From positions 5,828 to 69,827 of the IMG/VR virus record IMGVR_UViG_3300028800_000087: a stretch of DNA of 64,000 nucleotides. One strand, 5' to 3'. Both the position numbers and the translations under genes were made by a program. The notes under the pieces were generated by a model, which ran no database searches, was not told the origin of the DNA, and saw only the letters and a program-made list of their open reading frames with translations. This document shows, one piece after another, positions 1 through 9,655 of this stretch. The DNA comes from a virus. Positions within the stretch are counted from its first letter, which is position 1. Each line of letters starts with the position of its first letter.

Positions 1-139
1 GCGGGTGGAGCAGGATCGCGCTAACCAGCGCAAGGCCAGCCAATGACCCCCCATCGGTTCCCGCCGCCGGTCCGCTATCCGCCCGTCCCCGCGCCTATCC
101 CTGGGGACGGGCCAGCCCAGACTGGGGCCTAACCAAAGC

Positions 140-170
140 AAAAGGGGCGCCTGATTATGGCGCCCCTTTT
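140..170. terminator. Intrinsic terminator (possibly bidirectional) downstream of capsid operon
   Basis: AAAAGGGGCGCC-tgattat-GGCGCCCCTTTT perfect inverted repeat just past the stop at 175. Confidence 0.8.
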
Positions 171-174
171 CATA

Positions 175-708
175 TCAGCAATCCTCGGTGCGCGATCGAC
201 CCCGCTTGCGGAGTCTGGGTTGCGCCCGCTTGACGCCACTGGCCGCCAGGAACCAGTGATCCGCCAGCCGCTCCGGGACCTCATTGGCGCCGGCCGGGAA
301 GTGGATGCGCTGGTGACCGCGATCATCGGTCAGCGTCACATCCTTGGGGAAGTTCATCAGGACGCCGGGCTCATCCTTGTCGAAGGCATCCTCGCCCTCA
401 ATGACCTGCCCCGATGGCGTCCCCGGCCCAACCTTGAGTGCGGCGCGGCGGGCCTCATCAGCCATTGCCTCCCGCGCTATCCGCTGAGCATCCGCAGTAT
501 CTGCCGTATCGGGATGCCTGGGCAACGCAGCGCCAGTGCCCGATGCACCATTGTCCTCCTGACGCATAGCGCCTGGACTGCCCTGGCCAGCCAATGCGCC
601 ATCACCTGTTGCGTTGGCGCCTTGCCCCTTGGTCTGATCTTCATCCGTATCTGCCTTTGCGCGGGCGCCACGCGGTCGCAGGGCCTCCTTGTCGTCATCC
701 ATGATCAA
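175..708 (-). CDS. Hypothetical phage protein following major capsid gene
   Basis: 177-aa ORF directly downstream of the capsid gene; C-terminal F.AG.NEVPE.LADHWF segment resembles small head-associated phage proteins. Confidence 0.65.
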   Translation of the reverse strand: MIMDDDKEALRPRGARAKADTDEDQTKGQGANATGDGALAGQGSPGAMRQEDNGASGTGAALPRHPDTADTADAQRIAREAMADEARRAALKVGPGTPSGQVIEGEDAFDKDEPGVLMNFPKDVTLTDDRGHQRIHFPAGANEVPERLADHWFLAASGVKRAQPRLRKRGRSRTEDC

Positions 709-784
709 TGCCTCGGTTGGTTGTTTGCAACGCCCCAGGCGCCAAGTAAACCGGGATAGCGCCTGGGGTTTGACCTATACCCGA

Positions 785-1933
785 TCAGATACCGTCGAAA
801 TACCCGCCGGTCAGGACGTAGACCCACTCGACAACACCCAGCCGACCGAAGTAGGTGGTCTTGTGCCAGATGCTATCATACTGGACGGGGGTCCGCTGAA
901 GCAGGGTCATTGGGAAGCGGACGCGGCGCTTCTCGTTGGTGTAGACGATCATGCGGTCAACCGTGCCGGTGGTCCCGATGGTGCCACCCTGGCCGGCGCC
1001 GATCGCCCACTTGAGCGGCTGGATGTTCAGCTTGCCCCGGCCGGCTGCGGTCAGGACGTTGTTCTCCTCGATGTATTTGAGGACCGAGACGTTGCCGGCT
1101 TGGCTGACGAGCTGGGTGGACAGATAGCCGAACTGGAACGGCGGGATCAGGACATCCTGCGGGATGACAGCCCACGCGCTGTTGGCCCAGACCGTTGTGA
1201 TCGCAAAGTTGAAGTCAGCCAGGATTTCATTGGGGGTCTTGTTGACCCAGTTGGGCGAGGACTGGCTGCCGTTGGGGACGTTGGTATGACTGACGCCGGT
1301 GTTGTTGATCAGGCCGGTGTCGCCCATCTCGGTGTTGCCGACATAGACCTGCTGATCGGTATCCATCTGATGCGCCAGCCGCAAGCCTTCATGCTTCTGG
1401 TCATCGATCGGGCGTCCGACCTTGGCAGCCGATTCCAGCTCAAAGATCGTCCAGGCAACCTCCTTGCCCCAGGGCCGCAACGGATGCGGGACCTTGGCAA
1501 TGTCCAGGTCAATACGAGTGATCTGGGTGGTGTTGCGGCCGATCCAGGAGATGCCGGATGTGGTCGAAACGCCGGTGCCCAGCGACCCAGGCGTGGCGTA
1601 GGTTGACAGGCTGAAGCTGGTCACATCGTCCGCGATCGTCACATCCTCGCGAAGTTCGATATCGCGGAGGTAGCTGACCTCGGCCAAGGGCATATGCAGC
1701 TCTTGGTCCAGGCGTTCCAACTCGCCGACCAGGAATGCGCCGGTGCTGTCAACGGTGCGCCCATCATGGGTCTGGTAACCGCCGGCAGGAAACTTCTTGC
1801 CGATCATGTTACCCGCGCTGTCGTGGGTCTGATAGGCGGCGGATGCGCCGACGCTGTCGAAGGTCAGCATGCCGTCGCGTGTGCGGAAGCGCCCGAGAGG
1901 CCGGCCGCTCCTGGGGATACCATCAAAAGGCAT
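785..1933 (-). CDS. Major capsid protein (DUF2184-like)
   Basis: 382 aa; DSTGAFLVGELERLDQ and TYFGRLGVVEWVY motifs; follows the protease/scaffold and decoration genes. Confidence 0.9.
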   Translation of the reverse strand: MPFDGIPRSGRPLGRFRTRDGMLTFDSVGASAAYQTHDSAGNMIGKKFPAGGYQTHDGRTVDSTGAFLVGELERLDQELHMPLAEVSYLRDIELREDVTIADDVTSFSLSTYATPGSLGTGVSTTSGISWIGRNTTQITRIDLDIAKVPHPLRPWGKEVAWTIFELESAAKVGRPIDDQKHEGLRLAHQMDTDQQVYVGNTEMGDTGLINNTGVSHTNVPNGSQSSPNWVNKTPNEILADFNFAITTVWANSAWAVIPQDVLIPPFQFGYLSTQLVSQAGNVSVLKYIEENNVLTAAGRGKLNIQPLKWAIGAGQGGTIGTTGTVDRMIVYTNEKRRVRFPMTLLQRTPVQYDSIWHKTTYFGRLGVVEWVYVLTGGYFDGI

Positions 1934-1999
1934 AACTTTGGTACTCCGTGGATTGCATTGGTTGCGGGAGCGGCGCGGTTCTAGGCGCCGGTAGACTGG

Positions 2000-2548
2000 T
2001 TAGGTGCCGGCGCCGCCGACAAAGCCGACGCTGATTTCAACGTTGCCATTGCTGTCGGCCGGGCCGTTGAACTGATAGAGTTCGGTATCAAGCGCCGCGG
2101 TGTTACCGCCCGATGCCGCGCTTTCGAAACCGCCCTGGATATGCGCGCCGGATGTTGCGGCGCACCAGACGAAGACCGCGCCGCCTTTCTTGACCGCAGC
2201 GCTGCCGGCCGGCAGGACCGTCATAATGTAGCCCATTCGCAGGATATCGATCGCGCCTGATGTCGGGGGCGCTGCCGATCCAAAGCCGATGGCGCCGTAG
2301 TCCTGATTAGTCTGCGGCTGCTGGATCGGGTAGGGGCGGACGGTCACGCCCCAAGGGGCAGTGATCGCGGTATCGCCGGCAGCAAACGGGCGGACGCCGT
2401 TGCTGGCCTGATCGATCACCACCGCCTGCCCATAAGCTGTGGGCGGGCTGCTGGCATCGATCAGCGCAGGCTCAATCGACGCAAAGTGGCGCCCGACATC
2501 GCCGGGGAAACCTGCCCCCATGCGAAAGGAAAAAGCTGTTCCAGACAT
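2000..2548 (-). CDS. Capsid decoration/cement protein
   Basis: 182 aa; FRMGAGFPGDV...GVTVRPYP...GPADSNGNVEI; lies between scaffold and capsid genes. Confidence 0.75.
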   Translation of the reverse strand: MSGTAFSFRMGAGFPGDVGRHFASIEPALIDASSPPTAYGQAVVIDQASNGVRPFAAGDTAITAPWGVTVRPYPIQQPQTNQDYGAIGFGSAAPPTSGAIDILRMGYIMTVLPAGSAAVKKGGAVFVWCAATSGAHIQGGFESAASGGNTAALDTELYQFNGPADSNGNVEISVGFVGGAGT

Positions 2549-2595
2549 TGCTCAGTTAACTCCGTTTGGTATGGGGTGGGGGCAGGCGCCGCCGG

Positions 2596-4089
2596 TTAAT
2601 GCGCCCAGGCGTTGTTCTTCTTCATCTCCTTGGCAATCTTGTTGAGATCGCCGGGCGTTGTGACCTTGCCGCGCACGCCCATGCCGCCGCCTGCGCCTTC
2701 CTGGGCCTGCTTGCGACCAAAGGCGAGGTCGTTGGCCTGCTGGGTGCGGGAGCCGCCGCCGACGTTGTTGGCAGCCGCCTTGTCACGGACCACCATGGAC
2801 AGCATAAGGCGTGCGGACTGGCAATCCATGGTGGCGAACGTTGGCATGCGGCCGCCGTTCAGTTCCATCATGGTCTTGGAGGCGCCGGGGTCCATCTTGA
2901 ACGCGGTCTCCAATGCCTCGCGCCGCATGGTGCACATCGCATCATAGGTCTTGGCCGGGCGCGCATCGCGCGTGAAGGTCGGCAGCTTGGCTCCGGGCAG
3001 CAGGACCTCGATCTGGCTGACCAGCTCTTGGTAGCTATCTTCCAGATACATGCTGTCCTTGGCCTTGCGCGCCTTGTCGCCGGTCCCAGGCGGGGATTCC
3101 ATCTCGAGTGCGCCCTCGATGGTCTCATCATCCTTGGACTTCTTTGCGTCCTTGGACTCCTTCTTGTCCTTGTCGTCCTCGTCCTCATCTTCCTTGGCAT
3201 CGCCGGTCATGCCCAGCTTCTTGAAGACCTTGTCGAGGCCCTTGGTCAGCCGGTCCACTGCATCGATCACCGAGGCGTCCAGCGCCTTGCGGTCTTCCAT
3301 TTCCTTCTTCTTCATCTTCTCCTCTTCCTCGTCCTCGTCGGGGTCCTTCTCGTCCTTGGACGCTTTCTTGTCCTCGCCGCCGGCGTGGATGTGGATGTGG
3401 CTTTCGTTGGCGCCGCCCTTGACCAGCTCCTCAGCCTCCTTGGCTGCGGACTCCGCATCGGCGACCTTATGCTTCGCCATGAGAGCGCGAAGCTTGTCCA
3501 GGGTGCTCATGTCATCGCATTCCTTACAGTTACAATCAGCGTCGTGGGGTTTGGCATCGCCAATGGAACAACGGTGACCACATCGGCCTTGGCTGACCAG
3601 CGCGACATGGTTAACGATGATGTTTTTCTGAACAGCCTCGCCGGGCGCAATCTGTTCATAGTCGGCATCATATCCAACCGAGACCTCAATCTTGTCGTCG
3701 GCAAGGATCATCTCGATGGCGTCCCGGTCATAGACCATGACCGTCCCGACGATTACATCACTGTCAGGGCCGTCGCCGCGCCTGGGGTCCATGATGGTTC
3801 CCATCGCAAGCAGGCGCCAGGTATCGGGGGTTACATCATCCTCTGGATGCTCATCGACCAAAGGCTTGCCGGAGAAGCTGGCCAGGGTACGCGGGGCAAA
3901 CACTTCCTCTGGATGCCGATGGACCTTGATCATCGGCTCGCCAACCTTGGGCTGGACGATCGGCAGCTCCAATGGATGGTATTCCTGCATGCCTGTGCGC
4001 GCCAGAGGCACATCAAAGCAGATAAGAAAGCCTTCCTTGGTCATGCGCCGGCGGGGGCTGACCTTTGAAGTTGTCAGATAGGTTTGCAT
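2596..4089 (-). CDS. Prohead protease/scaffold protein (DUF2213-like)
   Basis: GFLICFDVPLARTG, FSGKPLVDEHP, EVSVGYDADY and NHVALVSQGRCG motifs plus an acidic/lysine-rich scaffold tail; start placed at the ATG of MQTYLTT. Confidence 0.88.
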   Translation of the reverse strand: MQTYLTTSKVSPRRRMTKEGFLICFDVPLARTGMQEYHPLELPIVQPKVGEPMIKVHRHPEEVFAPRTLASFSGKPLVDEHPEDDVTPDTWRLLAMGTIMDPRRGDGPDSDVIVGTVMVYDRDAIEMILADDKIEVSVGYDADYEQIAPGEAVQKNIIVNHVALVSQGRCGHRCSIGDAKPHDADCNCKECDDMSTLDKLRALMAKHKVADAESAAKEAEELVKGGANESHIHIHAGGEDKKASKDEKDPDEDEEEEKMKKKEMEDRKALDASVIDAVDRLTKGLDKVFKKLGMTGDAKEDEDEDDKDKKESKDAKKSKDDETIEGALEMESPPGTGDKARKAKDSMYLEDSYQELVSQIEVLLPGAKLPTFTRDARPAKTYDAMCTMRREALETAFKMDPGASKTMMELNGGRMPTFATMDCQSARLMLSMVVRDKAAANNVGGGSRTQQANDLAFGRKQAQEGAGGGMGVRGKVTTPGDLNKIAKEMKKNNAWAH

Positions 4090-4104
4090 GATTATTAGGG
4101 GATA

Positions 4105-4150
4105 AAACGGAAAGACCCCGGTCAGGTGGTTGCGTTCCTGCCGGGGTCCT
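4105..4150 (-). terminator. Stem-loop followed by U-rich tract on the minus strand
   Basis: GACCCCGG(T)CAGG...CCTG-CCGGGGTC stem; minus strand continues TTTCCGTTTT. Confidence 0.55.
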
Positions 4151-4296
4151 CGTTCCAAGAGCCGATTTGGTTATATGATACTATGCGATAACGCATAGGC
4201 CCCTCCTTCAAAACAGCAGGCGATCGATCTCGGCCAGGGCGCAGAACAGCGCAAGGGCCAACAGCAATATACCAAACTGAATTGCGATCCAGCGCT

Positions 4297-4590
4297 TCAT
4301 TTTGTCGGCCGCTCGGCCATGATCTCCGGTGGCGGGTCCTCGACAAACTCAATCTTGAGGACGCGATGCCTGGGAAAGACAACCCGGCGCAGGCGTTCAG
4401 AGGAAGAATAGGGCTGATAAGGCTGGTCAATGCCGTCGATTGAAACCCAGTTATCTGAGCCAGCATCGACATCAATATCCTTGCCTTCATATTCCCGGGT
4501 CTCAACGCCGTTGCTTACCGTGACGAGCGTTGGTCCCTGCTGTTGGGCAAAAGCAGGCATGGGGGACAGCGTTACTACGACTTTATTCAT
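4297..4590 (-). CDS. Hypothetical protein
   Basis: 97-aa ORF co-oriented with the operon; AAGG RBS. Confidence 0.6.
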   Translation of the reverse strand: MNKVVVTLSPMPAFAQQQGPTLVTVSNGVETREYEGKDIDVDAGSDNWVSIDGIDQPYQPYSSSERLRRVVFPRHRVLKIEFVEDPPPEIMAERPTK

Positions 4591-4602
4591 AGTCAGGAAC
4601 CT

Positions 4603-5034
4603 TCAATGGATGATCTGCTGATGCGCGGCCTTGGTGACCGGGCTGGCGCCCATCGCGTCCTCGGCGAACTCGGGCTTATAGTCGGGGAAAGCCTGATGGA
4701 CCGCCATTGCGATCTCGGCCATGCTGACGCGCGGATACTTGACGGTCAGATTGATAACCAGTTGCTCAACCGATGCGCGGTCATAGCTGGCGCGGACAAA
4801 CTCAAATTGGGGGACCGATGGTAAGGCCACAACGGTCATGCGTGGGAACTCAACGCCCCATCGATCCTTGCAGCGCTCGCGCATCATGCGGAACAGATCG
4901 CGGTAACCCTGTAACTGATCGCGCCAGGGGGCGTTCTTGAGCGCAAGGTCGAGGCGCAGCTTGTCCATCCGGTCGCGCAGATCGGTCAGGATGGTTGCGC
5001 GATGTTCGCTTTCTTCAAGATCGATCAAAGCCAT
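4603..5034 (-). CDS. Hypothetical protein
   Basis: 143-aa ORF; GAGG RBS. Confidence 0.7.
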   Translation of the reverse strand: MALIDLEESEHRATILTDLRDRMDKLRLDLALKNAPWRDQLQGYRDLFRMMRERCKDRWGVEFPRMTVVALPSVPQFEFVRASYDRASVEQLVINLTVKYPRVSMAEIAMAVHQAFPDYKPEFAEDAMGASPVTKAAHQQIIH

Positions 5035-5183
5035 GTCAGGAACCTCATTGCATCCCCACCAGATCGGGGTAGGCTGAGCCGGGACTACCCCGATCTGGCC
5101 TCAGACGGGAAGGAAACAACAGCGATAGTCCCCGCAATCTTATCAGCCCGGCTTTCTAATCAGATTGCGAACATGGATATATA

Positions 5184-5609
5184 CTAGACCTTCTGCAGCA
5201 CGCCTTCCAACGCGGTGATGGTCGATGCCGCGCCCGCGCTGTTGATCAGCGTCAAGCGGCCGGCGCCCCATGCCTTGCCATCGTTGATTTCAATGGTTGC
5301 TGCGGTCGCTGCGGTCAAGGCTTGGCTGATCGTTGTCCCGGCCGGGAAGGCGATGTCAGGACCGATGTAACGATCGAACAGCAGGGTCCCGGCATGGGAC
5401 ACGTTGATGCCGATCGATGCATTGCACAGCCCATTGCTTGGGAAGACCGCGGAGACAATCGATCCGCTGGCTGCCAGCGTTGTGCCAACCGCAAACGGGG
5501 TGCCTGATTGGCTGATCGGGATGGTCCCCGGTACGCTGACCGATCCCGAGTTGAGAAACTGTTGCAGGCCGGTGTAAGATGGCGGATAGGAATAGGGAGG
5601 GGCAGCCAT
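5184..5609 (-). CDS. Hypothetical protein, possibly virion-associated beta-rich protein
   Basis: 141 aa, S/T/G/A-rich; AAGGA RBS. Confidence 0.65.
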   Translation of the reverse strand: MAAPPYSYPPSYTGLQQFLNSGSVSVPGTIPISQSGTPFAVGTTLAASGSIVSAVFPSNGLCNASIGINVSHAGTLLFDRYIGPDIAFPAGTTISQALTAATAATIEINDGKAWGAGRLTLINSAGAASTITALEGVLQKV

Positions 5610-5723
5610 TGACTTGTCCTTTGGTTAGGCAATCAAGAAAGGCGACGGTCCGCGTTCCCTCAGACCTGACCGGCTGGCGCCGGATCGCCTTTCCTGATCC
5701 CTACATCAATATACCCAGGCGGA

Positions 5724-6365
5724 TTACTGCTCCAACCACTCAACCGTGACGGTCAGGACCGCGCCGGCAACCAGCGATGATCCCAGGCCGGACAAGGCGA
5801 GCTGCTGGGCAACGCCACGCAGGGTCAACGCCTGATCGTTGGTGCTGCTGAAGTCGAAAACCAACTGACCGCCCGCTGCCGAGGTAGCCGCGACCGATGT
5901 CCGCAAACGTCCGCCAGCCACGATACCGACCGCTGTCCCCGTTGTCGGGTTGGCGCTATAGGCAACAACCGTTGCCGTTGCCGCCGCATTGGCGCTGTCC
6001 AGCGGGACAAGCTGACCACCAGCGGTTGCTGATGGGGTGATGGGCGTCCCCAAGGTATCGGCGGTGCTGCGCTTGATCAGCGCAACAGAGCTTGTGCCAT
6101 CGGCCGTTGAGATGCCGCTGACCGTCATGCGCTTGACAAAGATCGTCTTGGTGGCGGAGCCGCCGACCACAACGATGTCGGTTGCGGATGCTGCCGCCGT
6201 CACCGCCTGATAGGTCGCCTGGTATGTCTGGAAGCGCGCGGGAGCAACGATGTTGGGTCCGCCTGCCGGGCTGACGGTCTGGGCATGAAGCTGCCCCAAG
6301 ATGCCGGCAGTAATAGTCAGGCCAACGAAACCTGACAGCAAACCATATTTGAACTTGTTACGCAT
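5724..6365 (-). CDS. Hypothetical protein with N-terminal signal-peptide-like segment
   Basis: MRNKFKYGLLSGFVGLTITAGILGQLHA-Q; T/A-rich body; AGGAG RBS. Confidence 0.7.
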   Translation of the reverse strand: MRNKFKYGLLSGFVGLTITAGILGQLHAQTVSPAGGPNIVAPARFQTYQATYQAVTAAASATDIVVVGGSATKTIFVKRMTVSGISTADGTSSVALIKRSTADTLGTPITPSATAGGQLVPLDSANAAATATVVAYSANPTTGTAVGIVAGGRLRTSVAATSAAGGQLVFDFSSTNDQALTLRGVAQQLALSGLGSSLVAGAVLTVTVEWLEQ

Positions 6366-6374
6366 GGGTATCTC

Positions 6375-7238
6375 CTAGTTGCGTTCGGGCAGGATGACTT
6401 CTGGCCAACATCGGCAGTTGTAGATGCAACCGGGATGCGACCGTTCCCCCTGCTCGCCCGAGATTGGGGGGTCGTTCCAATAACAGAACTTGCCTTCAAG
6501 CTTGCGATGCAAGGGGCGCACATCGCGATCCCTTGCAGTCCGCCAGATGTAGCCGTCCGATCCCACATGCTTTGCGCGAGCCTCGGTCAGAACAGCGGCG
6601 GTCCTTGCGGTCTCGGTCCTGGCGATCAGCGTTGCGTGGTTCTTGCTGACCAAGCCTGTCCGCATGATCAGCTCAACGATATTCTCGCCACGCGTTGACT
6701 CGCTGATGCTATTGAGCGCCAGCTCTTGGACGCGCTTGGCAGCATCCAGGGGTAGGCTGGTTATCAGGTCAACCTGTTCATCCAACAGGGCGCGCATTAC
6801 TTCACCCGTGGGGGCGTTGGCGATCTCTTCCGCTAGGCCAGCGCCGATCTCCCTTGATCGCTCCCGCCACGCCTTGTAATCGCGCCGCGCAACATCGGCA
6901 ATCATCTTGGTGGCAACGTTGCGCGCCCACGGCGCTATGATCTTACTGTAAGCGCGCAAGGCGTCTTCAAGGATGGTTGTCGCCATTGGGGCTACCGGAT
7001 CGTAAAGGTGTTCGGTCAGCGCCCCGATCTGTTGGCTGATCTTGCGGAGTTGGATGGAATACCAGGTCTCAGCGTTGCGCGCATAGATGAAGCGGCGCTG
7101 CTGATTGCGGTAAGCCTTGGCAGCTTCGGACCTAAGTGGCGCGTCCCCGATTTGCAATCGTAAGATGCCGTCGCTGTTGCGTAAGGTGGTAAGTCCGCTT
7201 TGCCCCGGAGGCAAGGGCCGCAAGCCGGCCATGATCAT
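6375..7238 (-). CDS. Head morphogenesis protein (SPP1 gp7/Mu gpF family)
   Basis: LIARTET, YIWRTARDRDVRPLH and HPGCIYNCRC motifs; true start uncertain (possibly TTG at 7157). Confidence 0.9.
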   Translation of the reverse strand: MIMAGLRPLPPGQSGLTTLRNSDGILRLQIGDAPLRSEAAKAYRNQQRRFIYARNAETWYSIQLRKISQQIGALTEHLYDPVAPMATTILEDALRAYSKIIAPWARNVATKMIADVARRDYKAWRERSREIGAGLAEEIANAPTGEVMRALLDEQVDLITSLPLDAAKRVQELALNSISESTRGENIVELIMRTGLVSKNHATLIARTETARTAAVLTEARAKHVGSDGYIWRTARDRDVRPLHRKLEGKFCYWNDPPISGEQGERSHPGCIYNCRCWPEVILPERN

Positions 7239-7611
7239 CTGCCCTTCTGATATGCTCCTGCGGGGTCAATCCGGTTTCTGGCATCGGATCGGACATCAGC
7301 GGTCGATGCGCTGGACCGGGGGCGATTGGCTGACCAACTGACTTTGGCGGGGGATGAATGATCTGGCCCGTTATATCCGGTTGGATTTCCGGTGCAACAA
7401 ACACCGGCTTATCGCCGGGGGCGCCGGTAGTCTTAGCTGCCGGCCGGATAATCTGACCTGTTACATCAACCTGCTTTTCAGGTACAAGGAATATCGGCTT
7501 ATCGCCGGGGGCGCCAGCGCCGACCGTTGGGGCGGGGGGGTCGATGCGCTTGCCTTCCCTGATCCAGGGTCGGCGCCGGCTGACAATGCGGGTGGAGATG
7601 CCCACAGTCAT
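7132..7611 (-). CDS. Proline-rich hypothetical protein with internal 30-aa repeat
   Basis: 159-aa ORF; ATGA overlap with the upstream gene; two GAPGDKP.F..PE.Q.D.TGQII.P units. Confidence 0.6.
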   Translation of the reverse strand: MTVGISTRIVSRRRPWIREGKRIDPPAPTVGAGAPGDKPIFLVPEKQVDVTGQIIRPAAKTTGAPGDKPVFVAPEIQPDITGQIIHPPPKSVGQPIAPGPAHRPLMSDPMPETGLTPQEHIRRADDHGRLAALASGAKRTYHLTQQRRHLTIANRGRAT

Positions 7612-7811
7612 AGCGGTGTCACATCAAACTTAATAGGAACCTGGGGGCGCCCATTCATGGCAATCAGTTCCATCGCGTCCGCCATGCGGCACATCTGGAT
7701 CACGGCAATCCCGGCAAGCTGCCAGATGCATTCATCGGTCAGGCGGTCATCGCCGGTATGGATGCTTTCGCGCAGCGCCGCCATAACACCCACAACATCG
7801 CGCTCACTCAT
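7608..7811 (-). CDS. Hypothetical protein
   Basis: 67 aa; ATGA overlaps on both sides. Confidence 0.6.
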   Translation of the reverse strand: MSERDVVGVMAALRESIHTGDDRLTDECIWQLAGIAVIQMCRMADAMELIAMNGRPQVPIKFDVTPL

Positions 7812-7933
7812 TCTTTGATGACCTTGTGCGTATCAGACGCAGGTGGCGGTGGCGGCTTAGGGTTACCGCATGACGCGCAATGCGCCCAGATCGCCAGATT
7901 CCGCGCATAACCGCAGGCGCATTTCCAAGTCAT
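7808..7933 (-). CDS. 41-aa zinc-ribbon microprotein (not in ORF track)
   Basis: MTWKCACGYARNLAIWAHCASCGNPKPPPPPASDTHKVIKE; ATGA overlaps with both neighbours. Confidence 0.65.
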   Translation of the reverse strand: MTWKCACGYARNLAIWAHCASCGNPKPPPPPASDTHKVIKE

Positions 7934-8109
7934 TGGGATACCATCTTGGGATGACCGCTACCGCGCCCTTCCAGGCAATCGGGGCAAGAGATCACATTCG
8001 CAGTATGCGCGGCAAACCAGTATTTGCATTGCCCGCATTGAACCTTGACCATCCCAGGTGGCGGCTCCCAAGGCTGGGCGTTGATTTCCCGCGCATTAAC
8101 GTTATTCAT
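7930..8109 (-). CDS. 59-aa zinc-ribbon microprotein (not in ORF track)
   Basis: MNNVNAREINAQPWEPPPGMVKVQCGQCKYWFAAHTANVISCPDCLEG...; start overlaps the portal stop (ATGA). Confidence 0.65.
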   Translation of the reverse strand: MNNVNAREINAQPWEPPPGMVKVQCGQCKYWFAAHTANVISCPDCLEGRGSGHPKMVSQ

Positions 8110-9653
8110 TCCCCAACTGCCTTCAGCTTGGGGACGCCGCCAGTCGCGCCCCCTTCCATGCCGGGAAGCTTGGGGGCAGGGCGCGGGATGGCGCCGCCGC
8201 TGCCCTGGAAACCGCCGCCACCTGGGACCTTGGGGTTGAGTTCCTGGGTCTCCGCCATCGCATCGGGCGCCGGCAGGTCCTCCGCCTCTTTGATGTCCTT
8301 GTCGGTGATGTTGGTAAAGGTGCCGGTGTCCCGCCCGATCTGGCGCAGCTCGCGCAAGACCCCAGAAGGCTTGAGGACGGTTGCGCCGGCTTCTAGGACC
8401 GCGTTGGTCCGGGTGGACGCAACAGCCGCCTTCTGCTCAGGGGTCATCTGCCACAAACTGTTGAAGGTGATGCGGAAGTCCTTAGGGATCGGGATTCCCT
8501 CGCTGATGGCGATCATCTTGTATAGCTGCAACAGGAAGACGCCCAGATCGGACTTCTGGCGCTGCATGATGCCATCGTAGTAGGTCCGCAGATCGCTATC
8601 GCCAGAACTGTTGAGCCCACCTGGGGACTGCCCAAAGAGCCGCGTCAGGGGTATCTGCAAGGCGCCGGCAAGCTGCTGGCCAAACTGATTGAGCGCGTCT
8701 GCCAGTCCGCTGAATGCCGTTGCCTGACTGACCTCAAACTCATCGCGGCTATCGATCAGGGACATGCCCTCAATCGACTGAAAGCGCCGCATCATTTCAA
8801 AGTAACGGAAGATACCGGAGACCGCAAATGTGTTGCCAAGGCCGGACTCTGCGATGGCTTCGCGCAGGCTTTCAACCTTAATGGTGCGGAGATGGGCGCG
8901 ATAGACAAGCTGCGCTGCGCCGGTTGTGGCGCTATCGAACGCGATCATGCGGTCATATAGCCGCTCTATGACAGACTCGCCCCACATGTTTTCCGCAACA
9001 CGCTGCCAATATGGTAGGCGGATGCCTTCAAGACGCAGGACCCGGCTATGGTGGATCGTCATGTTGGGGATAGCTGGGGCTGATATGCTGACCTTGTAGA
9101 ACTTTGGCAGGCCCAATGATGGGCCAAGTTCCGTCACAAGGTTGTTAAGCGAAGGCTCAACCATCCAGCGATCGAGAACGATCAGACCCTTGAACTGGCC
9201 TTTGCGTAGGCGATCGGGATAGAGCGGGGTCGCCATATCCTGACCGTCGATCAGCGGGGCAGCAATGCATCCACCATATAGGCGCGACCACTTAATGGCA
9301 TCGTTGATCGATGGCCAAACTGCCAACCGATCGGCCGATGCATGCAGCTCCTCGCCATCCTCGGGCTTCATGGTGGATGTAAAGTCAATGCCGGCGCGGG
9401 TCATATCATCGGCAACGAGATCGACCGCAACGCCACCAAGCCATGATCCGCGATGCACCCATTCCAGCAACGTGTGGTTGCGGGTGATAGGGTTGAAGCC
9501 ATAGGTCGAGGATGAGGTTGGGTTCGCGGTCCCAACGCCCATATTGAACAAGAAGTTCTGGAAGCTGTCGGCGGTCTTGCCAGACTGCAACTGATCCCGC
9601 TCAACACGCTGAGCAAGGTTACGCGCTGCAATGACTGACCGGCGACGGCTCAT
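8106..9653 (-). CDS. Portal protein (DUF1073-like)
   Basis: 515 aa; VDLVADDMTRAG, IHHSRVLR and IPLTRLFGQSPGGLNSSGDSDLRTYYD motifs; downstream of terminase. Confidence 0.92.
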   Translation of the reverse strand: MSRRRSVIAARNLAQRVERDQLQSGKTADSFQNFLFNMGVGTANPTSSSTYGFNPITRNHTLLEWVHRGSWLGGVAVDLVADDMTRAGIDFTSTMKPEDGEELHASADRLAVWPSINDAIKWSRLYGGCIAAPLIDGQDMATPLYPDRLRKGQFKGLIVLDRWMVEPSLNNLVTELGPSLGLPKFYKVSISAPAIPNMTIHHSRVLRLEGIRLPYWQRVAENMWGESVIERLYDRMIAFDSATTGAAQLVYRAHLRTIKVESLREAIAESGLGNTFAVSGIFRYFEMMRRFQSIEGMSLIDSRDEFEVSQATAFSGLADALNQFGQQLAGALQIPLTRLFGQSPGGLNSSGDSDLRTYYDGIMQRQKSDLGVFLLQLYKMIAISEGIPIPKDFRITFNSLWQMTPEQKAAVASTRTNAVLEAGATVLKPSGVLRELRQIGRDTGTFTNITDKDIKEAEDLPAPDAMAETQELNPKVPGGGGFQGSGGAIPRPAPKLPGMEGGATGGVPKLKAVGE

Positions 9654-9655
9654 TC

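Noticed and set aside
2566-4068. 500-aa plus-strand ORF, and other long antisense ORFs (689-1606, 19052-19906, 30150-30796, 32647-33594)
   Set aside because: Shadow frames of GC-rich real genes, with no motifs or RBS, unlike the nested ORF at 27362
4592-5046. GGTTCCTGA before several minus-strand start codons (4590, 5034, 59360)
   Set aside because: Adequately explained as RBS plus spacer; too short to support a separate element
8106-9653. Anti-CBASS Acb1 label sometimes attached to this family
   Set aside because: Size, motifs and position are those of a portal; no separate phosphoesterase domain seen
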